From: Clostridia bacterium
GTDB lineage: Bacteria; Bacillota; Clostridia; DUPQ01
NCBI GenBank assembly: GCA_041678685.1
Contig: JBAYNV010000004.1
Span: forward strand, 1 to 38,270
Direction of reading: 5' to 3'
Length of the DNA stretch: 38,270 nucleotides
Of the stretch, positions 8,550 through 15,867 are shown one piece after another (position 1 is the stretch's first letter; every line of letters starts with the position of its first letter). A model generated the notes under the pieces. It was not told where the DNA came from. It saw only the letters and a program-made list of their open reading frames with translations, and did not search any database. Position numbers and translations under genes: made by a program.

Positions 8550-10607
8550 GTGGACAGTGTAATAGACATATTCGGAAGTTGTGTTTATAGCGATAAGATA
8601 ATGAAAGAAGAGTTGCCTGAGGATGTTTATGCGTCTTTGAAAAAGACCATTGAAGAAGGCGGCCCGTTGGATAACGGCATAGCCGATATCGTAGCTGCCA
8701 GCATGAAGGATTGGGCTATAAAAAAAGGCGCGACTCATTATACGCACTGGTTCCAACCAATGACAGGAATAACAGCAGAGAAGCATGACGCATTCCTTGC
8801 TGTAAAAAATGGCAACCCGGTAATGGACCTTCGCGGCAAAGAACTTATAAAAGGTGAACCTGATGCATCAAGCTTTCCTTCAGGGGGATTGAGAGCTACT
8901 TTTGAGGCAAGAGGATATACCACATGGGATGCGACTTCATATGCGTTCATAAAAGACCGCACGCTGTATATCCCTACGGCATTCTGCTCATACGGCGGTG
9001 AACCGCTTGACAACAAGACGCCTCTGCTAAGATCCATGGATGCAATAAATAAACAGGCATTGAGGATCATAAGACTGTTCGGAAATACCACCGCTACGAG
9101 AGTCACTCCCGTTGCAGGCTGCGAACAGGAATATTTTTTACTTGATAAAAAACAGTTTGATATGAGAAAGGATCTTCTCATATGCGGAAGGACGCTGTTT
9201 GGCGCCAGATCACCTAAAGGCCAGGAGCTGAATGACCACTATTTCGGGAATATACGTGAAAGAGTCCAGAATTTCATGAGAGAACTGGACACGGAGCTTT
9301 GGAAACTTGGGATCACAGCCAAAACAGAGCATAACGAAGCAGCTCCTGCACAGCACGAACTGGCTCCGATCTATAACACGGTGAATATTGCGACAGATCA
9401 TAACCAGCTCATTATGGAGATAATGAAGAAAGTTGCCGAGCATCACGGGCTTGCATGTCTTTTGCATGAGAAGCCGTTTGAACACATTAACGGTTCGGGT
9501 AAACACAATAACTGGTCTTTGTCGGCAAATGACGGGGATATGCTTTTAAAACCGGGTAAAAATCCATCGGATAACAAAAGATTCCTTCTTATACTTTCAG
9601 CTGTCATAAAGGCGGTTGATGAATACAGCGAGCTGTTGAGGCAGAGCGTGGCATCAGCCGGGAACGATCATCGGCTGGGTATGCATGAGGCTCCTCCTGC
9701 TATAGTGTCGGTATATCTTGGAGCAGAACTTACAGGGATACTTGAAGCTATGGAAAACGGCAGGATATTCTTAAAGAAAGAAAGACAGGAATTCCATATA
9801 AGCGAGACTTTGCCAATACTGTTCAAAGACACATGCGACAGGAACAGAACTTCACCCTTTGCTTTTACAGGAAATAAGTTTGAATTCCGTATGCCGGGTT
9901 CTTCCTGCTCGGTATCCGATGCCAATACTGTCATAAATACGATAGTTGCGGAAGTATTTGAGGAATTTGCAGACAGCCTCGAAAAAGCGGATGACTTTGA
10001 TAAGCAAGTTGACAGTATAATACGCGATACGATGAAAAAACATAAGAGGATAATATTCAACGGCAACAACTATTCAGAGGAATGGATCGAAGAAGCCAGG
10101 AAAAGGGGACTGCCCTGTCTTAGCACCGCTCCTGAGGCTGTTGATGGCCTTCTGCTTAAAAAGAATATCGATGTTTTCGAGCATCAGGGCATATTCACAA
10201 AGACAGACCTTGTATCGCGTCATGAGATCAAACTTCAGAATTATGCAAATATCATCGCAATAGAGGCAAATACCATGATAGAGATCGCGAAGAGGGAAAT
10301 ACTTCCTTCTGCGATGGAATATGCCGGTACGGTATATGATAATGTCATAATGAAAAAAGAACTGGATATGGAATGCTCCACAGAAAGCGAGATAGCAGAC
10401 CACATTTCGGACGATATCCATAAACTCAATGAGTGTATCAAGCAGCTGGAGGAAGCCACGAAGAAAGCCAGAAATGCATATGACTACAAAGGCGCGGTCA
10501 TACCCGCGATGGATGCATTAAGAGGCGTTGCAGACGATCTGGAGTGTATCGTATCCAAGGAATACTGGCCGATGCCAACATATTCCGATATGTTATACAG
10601 CGTGTAA
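8550..10607 (+). CDS. glnN: Glutamine synthetase, type III
   Basis: Length (685 aa) is typical of GSIII. Motifs EHNEAAPAQHELAPIY and NGSGKHNNWS are present. The start is GTG with a GGAGG RBS. A candidate promoter TTGCGT-17-TATAAT lies just upstream. Confidence 0.85.
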   Translation: MDSVIDIFGSCVYSDKIMKEELPEDVYASLKKTIEEGGPLDNGIADIVAASMKDWAIKKGATHYTHWFQPMTGITAEKHDAFLAVKNGNPVMDLRGKELIKGEPDASSFPSGGLRATFEARGYTTWDATSYAFIKDRTLYIPTAFCSYGGEPLDNKTPLLRSMDAINKQALRIIRLFGNTTATRVTPVAGCEQEYFLLDKKQFDMRKDLLICGRTLFGARSPKGQELNDHYFGNIRERVQNFMRELDTELWKLGITAKTEHNEAAPAQHELAPIYNTVNIATDHNQLIMEIMKKVAEHHGLACLLHEKPFEHINGSGKHNNWSLSANDGDMLLKPGKNPSDNKRFLLILSAVIKAVDEYSELLRQSVASAGNDHRLGMHEAPPAIVSVYLGAELTGILEAMENGRIFLKKERQEFHISETLPILFKDTCDRNRTSPFAFTGNKFEFRMPGSSCSVSDANTVINTIVAEVFEEFADSLEKADDFDKQVDSIIRDTMKKHKRIIFNGNNYSEEWIEEARKRGLPCLSTAPEAVDGLLLKKNIDVFEHQGIFTKTDLVSRHEIKLQNYANIIAIEANTMIEIAKREILPSAMEYAGTVYDNVIMKKELDMECSTESEIADHISDDIHKLNECIKQLEEATKKARNAYDYKGAVIPAMDALRGVADDLECIVSKEYWPMPTYSDMLYSV

Positions 10608-11080
10608 TGGAAAAGACGAATGTCATGAGACTGCTTGATGCTAACAGGATCAGCTATGTTTCTCATGAATACGATAAAGAGCTTACGGATGGTGAGCAGG
10701 TCGCCAGGGCTCTATCTCAGGATCCCGACAGAGTATACAAAACTTTGGTCACGGTCGGCAATAACAAACACAACTATGTTTTTGTTATTCCGGTAAACCG
10801 TTCTCTTGACCTGAAAAAAGCCGCAAAAGCGGTGAATGTCAAAAATATAGAAATGATAAAACAGAAGGATCTGCTGCCTTTGACAGGATATGTTCACGGA
10901 GGGTGTTCTCCTATAGGAATGAAGAAGTTATTTGAAACAGTGATAAATGACACAGCCCTGCTGTCCGAAACTATAACTTTAAGTGCAGGTAAAAAAGGCT
11001 GGCAGGTAGAACTGTCCGCAAAGAGCCTGCTTGGATTCATTAAAGGCCGTTATGCTGATATAGTTTATTGTTATGGTTAA
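10607..11080 (+). CDS. ybaK: Cys-tRNA(Pro)/Cys-tRNA(Cys) deacylase YbaK
   Basis: The ORF track starts it at 10544, inside glnN. An in-frame ATG at 10607 overlaps the glnN stop as TAATG and gives MEKTNVMRLLDANRISYVSHEY..., about 157 aa, which is YbaK-like. HGGCSPIG is present. Confidence 0.8.
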   Translation: MEKTNVMRLLDANRISYVSHEYDKELTDGEQVARALSQDPDRVYKTLVTVGNNKHNYVFVIPVNRSLDLKKAAKAVNVKNIEMIKQKDLLPLTGYVHGGCSPIGMKKLFETVINDTALLSETITLSAGKKGWQVELSAKSLLGFIKGRYADIVYCYG

Positions 11081-12084
11081 AGAAGTATGACCTGCGCATC
11101 CTGGCATATCTTCTGAGTATCCTTATCCCATAATGATACCTGTATCTCACCGATATGGGCTTTACCCAGCATGAACATACACAGACGTGACTGTCCGATA
11201 CCGCCGCCTATCGTAAGAGGAAGTTCATTGTTAAGAAGCATTTTATGGAACATCAGGTTTCTTCTGTCATCACAGCCTGAGATCTTCAGCTGTCTGTCAA
11301 GCGATCTGCTGTCTACCCTTATTCCCATTGAAGATATCTCAAGAGCCTGATCAAGTATTTTGTTATATACCAATATATCGCCGTTCATCTCCCAGTCATC
11401 ATAGTCAGGAGCTCTGCCGTCGTGTCTTTTTCCTGATTTCAACAGTTTACCTATCTGCATTATGAAAGCTGTGTGATGTTCTCTCACATATTTATCTTCC
11501 CTTTCCTTTGGTAATAGATCGGGATACATATCTTCAAGTTCCTGTGATGTTACAAAACTGACCTGCCTGTCTATGTCAGTATCAAGAGCAGGGAACATAT
11601 CTTTCATGATATCATATGTGTCAGCTATCGCTGTTATAATGCTTTTAACTGTGCGTTTTAAAAAATTCATATTCCTGTCTTCTCTTGTTATGACTTTTTC
11701 CCAGTCCCACTGGTCTACGTATATCGAGTGTATGTTGTCCATATCCTCGTCACGCCTTATTGCATTCATATCAGTATAAAGACCTTCGCCTGCGTGAAAA
11801 CCATATCTGTAAAGAGCGAGACGCTTCCACTTTGCAAGTGAATGTACGACCTCGGCTTTTATTCCGCTTTCCTTAGTGTCAAAACATACAGGCCGCTCAA
11901 CGCCATTCAAATTATCATTGAGACCGGATTGCGAATCTACCAGTATAGGAGCTGATACTCTTTTAAGGTTCAGTTCCTGGCATAAATTATGCTCGAAGAC
12001 CCTTTTCAAAGTGCCTATTGCCATCTGCGTGTCATAAAGACTCAATTTCGATTTATATCCGACCGGTATGTAAGTTGAACTCAT
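11077..12084 (-). CDS. asnA: Aspartate--ammonia ligase (asparagine synthetase A)
   Basis: The 335-aa ORF begins YIPVGYKSKLSLYDTQMAI. The class-II aaRS-like motif GGGIGQSRLCMFMLGKAHIGE is present. Confidence 0.9.
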   Translation of the reverse strand: MSSTYIPVGYKSKLSLYDTQMAIGTLKRVFEHNLCQELNLKRVSAPILVDSQSGLNDNLNGVERPVCFDTKESGIKAEVVHSLAKWKRLALYRYGFHAGEGLYTDMNAIRRDEDMDNIHSIYVDQWDWEKVITREDRNMNFLKRTVKSIITAIADTYDIMKDMFPALDTDIDRQVSFVTSQELEDMYPDLLPKEREDKYVREHHTAFIMQIGKLLKSGKRHDGRAPDYDDWEMNGDILVYNKILDQALEISSMGIRVDSRSLDRQLKISGCDDRRNLMFHKMLLNNELPLTIGGGIGQSRLCMFMLGKAHIGEIQVSLWDKDTQKICQDAQVILL

Positions 12085-12110
12085 GGTTAACCTGCCTTGA
12101 TTTTCTTGTT

Positions 12111-12139
12111 AGTCTACCATATCAAACATTATGTGTCAA
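12111..12139 (-). promoter_or_regulatory. asnA promoter: TTGACA - 17 nt - (TG-G-)TAGACT
   Basis: Minus-strand -35 TTGACA (12134-12139) and -10 TAGACT (12111-12116) with a TG extension. The RBS AAGGCAGG precedes the ATG. Confidence 0.45.
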
Positions 12140-12147
12140 TTGCTTTA

Positions 12148-12161
12148 TGCCAAATTTGGCA
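12148..12161. repeat. Perfect 14-bp palindrome TGCCAAATTTGGCA, candidate operator in the asnA / DUF2087-gene divergent intergenic region
   Basis: Read directly from the sequence. It is flanked by a looser outer inverted repeat (CAATTGCT ... AGCAATTa). It sits 8 bp upstream of the asnA -35 element. The palindrome itself is certain; the confidence value refers to an operator role. Confidence 0.3.
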
Positions 12162-12207
12162 ATGAGATAGCAATTATTTTAAATCTCAAAATCAGATACA
12201 ATAATGG

Positions 12208-12236
12208 TTGACATAATTAACAAACAGAAGTAATAT
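12208..12236 (+). promoter_or_regulatory. Promoter of the DUF2087/GIY-YIG cassette: TTGACA - 17 nt - TAATAT
   Basis: TTGACA lies at 12208-12213 and TAATAT at 12231-12236. The RBS AAGAGGA precedes the ATG at 12271. Confidence 0.5.
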
Positions 12237-12270
12237 AAGTTTATGAAATATGTAAACGAAAGAGGAATAT

Positions 12271-13017
12271 ATGGATATTGATAAACTTACTGTAAGGGAA
12301 TTGAAGAATGGGTACAGATATGACAGGTGCATAAATGCATATGTCTGCAATCTCTGTATGAAAACCTATGAAGAAGGCGAAATATTTCCGATCGATGATA
12401 AGCTTTTCGAAGCGTCAAAAGCAGTGAAAATACATTTAGAAAGGGAACATGGCGGCAGTTTCAAATGCCTGATAGGATCAGGATCCAAATACAATACTCT
12501 GACTGACAATCAGAAGGAATTACTAATATTTATGTATTCAAATGATTCGGATAAGGAGATAGCAAAGAAACTTGGCATTTCGCCTTCAACAGTGCGTCAT
12601 CAAAGATTCATGTTCAGAGAAAAAGCCAAGCAGGCAAAAATGTATCTTGCTATTTATGAACAGGTGAATGAAAGACCTCTGTCTGATGATGATGTCATAG
12701 TGGGCGTACATGACAGCGCCACCATGCTTGATGACAGATATATAACGACCGAAAAAGAAAAGGCAGATATACTTAGGAATGCATTTCTTAGCTTGGATCC
12801 TTTAAAGCTGAAAGTATTCCCGGCCAAGGAAAAGAAGAAGGTGATAGTATTGGCCAGGATAGCCGAGCAGTTTGACAGTGTAAAGCATTACAGCGAGAAA
12901 GAGGTCAATGAGATACTTAAGGGAAATTTTGATGATCATGTAACTATAAGGCGCTACCTTATAGAATACGGATTTATGGATAGAACGAGCGATTGCAATG
13001 AATATTGGCGGAAATAA
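12271..13017 (+). CDS. Putative DNA-binding protein: N-terminal CxxC...HxxxxH zinc-finger-like motif + LuxR/sigma70-r4-type HTH + C-terminal DUF2087
   Basis: The Zn-finger-like motif is YVCNLCMKTY...KIHLEREH. The HTH is LTDNQKELLIFMYSNDSDKEIAKKLGISPSTVRHQRF. The DUF2087-like tail is FPAKEKKKVIVLARIAEQFDSVKHYSEKEVNEILKGNFDDHVTIRRYLIEYGFMDRT...YWR. Confidence 0.65.
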   Translation: MDIDKLTVRELKNGYRYDRCINAYVCNLCMKTYEEGEIFPIDDKLFEASKAVKIHLEREHGGSFKCLIGSGSKYNTLTDNQKELLIFMYSNDSDKEIAKKLGISPSTVRHQRFMFREKAKQAKMYLAIYEQVNERPLSDDDVIVGVHDSATMLDDRYITTEKEKADILRNAFLSLDPLKLKVFPAKEKKKVIVLARIAEQFDSVKHYSEKEVNEILKGNFDDHVTIRRYLIEYGFMDRTSDCNEYWRK

Positions 13018-13029
13018 AAAGAGGATGAA

Positions 13030-13377
13030 ATGGACAGAAGAAAAGAATTAAAAGAACAATACAAAAACAGCAAACCGGATATGGGCGTTATAATAATAAA
13101 ATCTGAAAAAAGCAGAAAATGTTATCTCGAAGCCACACGTAACATCAAAGGCGCTATAAATAAATCTCAATTCACATTGGATATGGGAAGCCATATCAAT
13201 AAGGAGCTTCAGAAGGATTGGAATGAATTAGGCGCATCCAGTTTTAAAATAATGATCCTGGAAAAACTCGATTATGACGAAAACAAGCAGGATCATGATT
13301 ATAGAGAGGAATTAGCCATACTCAGGCTGATGTGCATCGAAAAGCTGTCTGAAGAAGGTATTCTGGTATATAACTGA
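13030..13377 (+). CDS. Stand-alone GIY-YIG (I-TevI-like) domain protein, possibly catalytically degenerate
   Basis: The 115-aa ORF has an AAGAGGA RBS and lies 12 nt after the upstream gene. MGVIIIKSEKSRKCYLEATRNIKGAINKSQFTLDMGSHINKELQKDWNELGASSFKIMILEKL fits the GIYxIxN...YIGSxxNIxxRxxxH...GxHxNxxLQ...G...FxFxILE pattern. Confidence 0.6.
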   Translation: MDRRKELKEQYKNSKPDMGVIIIKSEKSRKCYLEATRNIKGAINKSQFTLDMGSHINKELQKDWNELGASSFKIMILEKLDYDENKQDHDYREELAILRLMCIEKLSEEGILVYN

Positions 13378-13491
13378 ATAAAATAATAATCCTATAACAC
13401 ATCAGGCCGGATCATATGGTTTCATATGCCTTCATTCATTTGCATCGCATATTTTTGTATGATAAAATAATGCTGTTATTCGGAGGGAAAA

Positions 13492-15867
13492 ATGGTACAA
13501 AAGAAAAGAAGCGGTAAACCGTCTGAAAACTATGACGAAGGTTTTGAAGAAGGTTCTGTCAGATCAAGAAGCAAGTCAAAAAAGAATACCGGTTTTGCAA
13601 GGGAGATATTGGGTATAATAATAGCCGCTATTGGCATATTCACTTTTGTATGTATATTCTTCACAGGTTCATCCGGCATGTTCGGGGAACCATTTAAAAA
13701 TGTCACAGCAGGACTTCTTGGATGGACGCATTATCTGCTTCCGCTGATTATAATCCTGTTCGGTATATATATAGCTCTGAATCACAGGATCGGACAGCTG
13801 GGGAAAAAGGCAGCTTACCTCATATTCCTGTTACTATTGATACCATGTTTTTTACAGATCGTATATTTACAGCATGATATTGCCTCGATCTCAGGAGGGA
13901 TAACGGTCTGGCAGTTTATCGCTGATTCATATGTAAGAGGTAAAGAAGCGCTGGGAGGAGGGGTATTCGGCAGTATCGTGATGACTCCTATTATAGTATT
14001 CTTTGGAATCACGGGAGGATACATATTCGCAATAACTGCATCCGTCATATTCATCATACTTCTGACTAACAGAAGCTTCATAAGCTTTCTTGGAAAGATA
14101 AGGGATATGTTCGTAGCCGTTTTCAACTGGATGAAAGATGCGTTCAAACCAATGGATGAGATAGAAGCTAAAGAAAAAACACCAAAAACGGCTCCTCTTA
14201 AGTTCGAGCAGCAGGTGATAGATGATATTTCAGCTGTCAAACCACATGAACCTATAAATATAGTGATGAACGGAGCCAACTCACAGACCGGGGCTGAAAA
14301 GTCAAAGCCTGTATCAAAATATACGATGCCTATAATAGTTAAAAAGGAAGAACCTGAGGAACCTAAGACTGTGGTCATTAAAAAAGGCGAAAACAGGGAA
14401 TTCCAGGGTGAATATGTGTTCCCGCCTTTGTCATTGCTTGATTCTTATGTCGATAACGGTAATACCGATAATTATGAAGCAATAGCGAGAAAGCTGGAAA
14501 ATACGCTGCTGAGCTTTGGTGTTGAGGCTTCGGTGACGAATATAATGTGCGGGCCCACTGTAACAAGATATGAGCTTCAACCTAAATCAGGAGTGAAAGT
14601 AAGCAGGATAGTGGCTTTATCCGATGATATAGCTTTGAACCTTGCATCAAGGGATGTGCGTATTGAAGCGCCTGTTCCCGGTAAGTCAGTTGTAGGTATT
14701 GAAGTCCCGAACACACAGGAGAGCATAGTGTCGTTAAAAGAAGTCATAGCTTCAAAGGAATTCCAGGGATCGAAGAGCATCCTTACGATGGCGATAGGCA
14801 AAGATATCGCAGGCAACTGTACTATAGCTGATGTCAGAAGGATGCCCCATATGCTGATCGCAGGCGCGACTGGTTCAGGAAAGAGCGTATGCATAAACTG
14901 TATAATCACAAGCATTTTATATAAAGCAAGCCCTGATGATGTGAAATTCATAATGATAGATCCAAAGAAAGTTGAACTCGTCAACTATAACGGTATACCT
15001 CATCTTCTCATACCTGTTATAACCAATCTGAAAAAAGCAGCCGGAGCTCTTAACTGGGCGGTTGCAGAAATGACGACCCGTTATGATCAGTTCAACAAGA
15101 GGGGTGTAAGAGATATAAACTCATATAACGAATCGGTAAAGAATGACCCGACAGAAAAGAAGATGCCGAATATAGTGATAATAATAGATGAATTGGCTGA
15201 CCTTATGATGAGCAATCCCGGAGAAGTCGAGGAATCGATATGCAGGCTCGCACAGCTTGCAAGAGCAGCCGGTCTTCATCTAATAATCGCTACACAGAGA
15301 CCTTCAGTTAACGTTATAACCGGCGTGATCAAGGCGAATATCCCTTCAAGACTGTCATTTGCGGTAGTGAGCAATGTGGATTCAAGGACAATACTTGATA
15401 TGGGCGGTGCGGAAAAGTTGCTTGGAAACGGAGATATGCTTTTCCATCCGATGGGTCTTTCAAAACCGGTCAGGATGCAGGGAGCATATATTTCAGACAA
15501 CGAGATCAACAAAGTCGTCGAGTTTATAAAGGAGCATTCGCAGTCAACGTATGATGAGGATGTCGTTGAAAATATAGACAGATCTGAAATGGGAAATAAA
15601 GGTGAAGGCGTTGAAGATGAAATAGATGATATGCTGCCAAGAGCGATCGATCTTGTGGTTGAAGTAGGCCAGGCATCCGTTTCATATCTTCAGAGGAAAC
15701 TTAAACTCGGGTATGGAAGGGCAGCAAGGATCGTCGATCAGATGGAAAGAAGAGGGATAGTCGGACCGTTCGAAGGCAGTAAACCCAGAGCTGTGCTCAT
15801 ATCAAAGGATGAATGGGCGGAAATGCAGATAAATGATCCGGATTTCGACATCGGGCATGACGAATGA
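13492..15867 (+). CDS. ftsK: DNA translocase FtsK/SpoIIIE
   Basis: It has N-terminal TM helices, Walker A GATGSGKS and Walker B IIIDELADLM. The C-terminal gamma winged helix is SYLQRKLKLGYGRAARIVDQME. Confidence 0.9.
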   Translation: MVQKKRSGKPSENYDEGFEEGSVRSRSKSKKNTGFAREILGIIIAAIGIFTFVCIFFTGSSGMFGEPFKNVTAGLLGWTHYLLPLIIILFGIYIALNHRIGQLGKKAAYLIFLLLLIPCFLQIVYLQHDIASISGGITVWQFIADSYVRGKEALGGGVFGSIVMTPIIVFFGITGGYIFAITASVIFIILLTNRSFISFLGKIRDMFVAVFNWMKDAFKPMDEIEAKEKTPKTAPLKFEQQVIDDISAVKPHEPINIVMNGANSQTGAEKSKPVSKYTMPIIVKKEEPEEPKTVVIKKGENREFQGEYVFPPLSLLDSYVDNGNTDNYEAIARKLENTLLSFGVEASVTNIMCGPTVTRYELQPKSGVKVSRIVALSDDIALNLASRDVRIEAPVPGKSVVGIEVPNTQESIVSLKEVIASKEFQGSKSILTMAIGKDIAGNCTIADVRRMPHMLIAGATGSGKSVCINCIITSILYKASPDDVKFIMIDPKKVELVNYNGIPHLLIPVITNLKKAAGALNWAVAEMTTRYDQFNKRGVRDINSYNESVKNDPTEKKMPNIVIIIDELADLMMSNPGEVEESICRLAQLARAAGLHLIIATQRPSVNVITGVIKANIPSRLSFAVVSNVDSRTILDMGGAEKLLGNGDMLFHPMGLSKPVRMQGAYISDNEINKVVEFIKEHSQSTYDEDVVENIDRSEMGNKGEGVEDEIDDMLPRAIDLVVEVGQASVSYLQRKLKLGYGRAARIVDQMERRGIVGPFEGSKPRAVLISKDEWAEMQINDPDFDIGHDE

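Noticed and set aside
8241-8786. 181-aa minus-strand ORF bridging the URO-D / glnN junction
   Set aside because: It is antisense to two well-supported genes. It has an aberrant composition (many Y, I, H, C) and no recognisable motif or RBS. It is a shadow ORF typical of AT-rich DNA.
12085-12270. Possible T-box or other leader RNA upstream of asnA
   Set aside because: The leader from the predicted promoter to the ATG is only about 25 nt. I found no specifier hairpin, T-box sequence or terminator.
13815-14378. 187-aa minus-strand ORF inside ftsK, and similar long antisense ORFs at 16298-16810, 30778-31326 and 32796-33350
   Set aside because: All lie entirely antisense to genes with unambiguous family signatures. 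They show no motifs or ribosome-binding sites.
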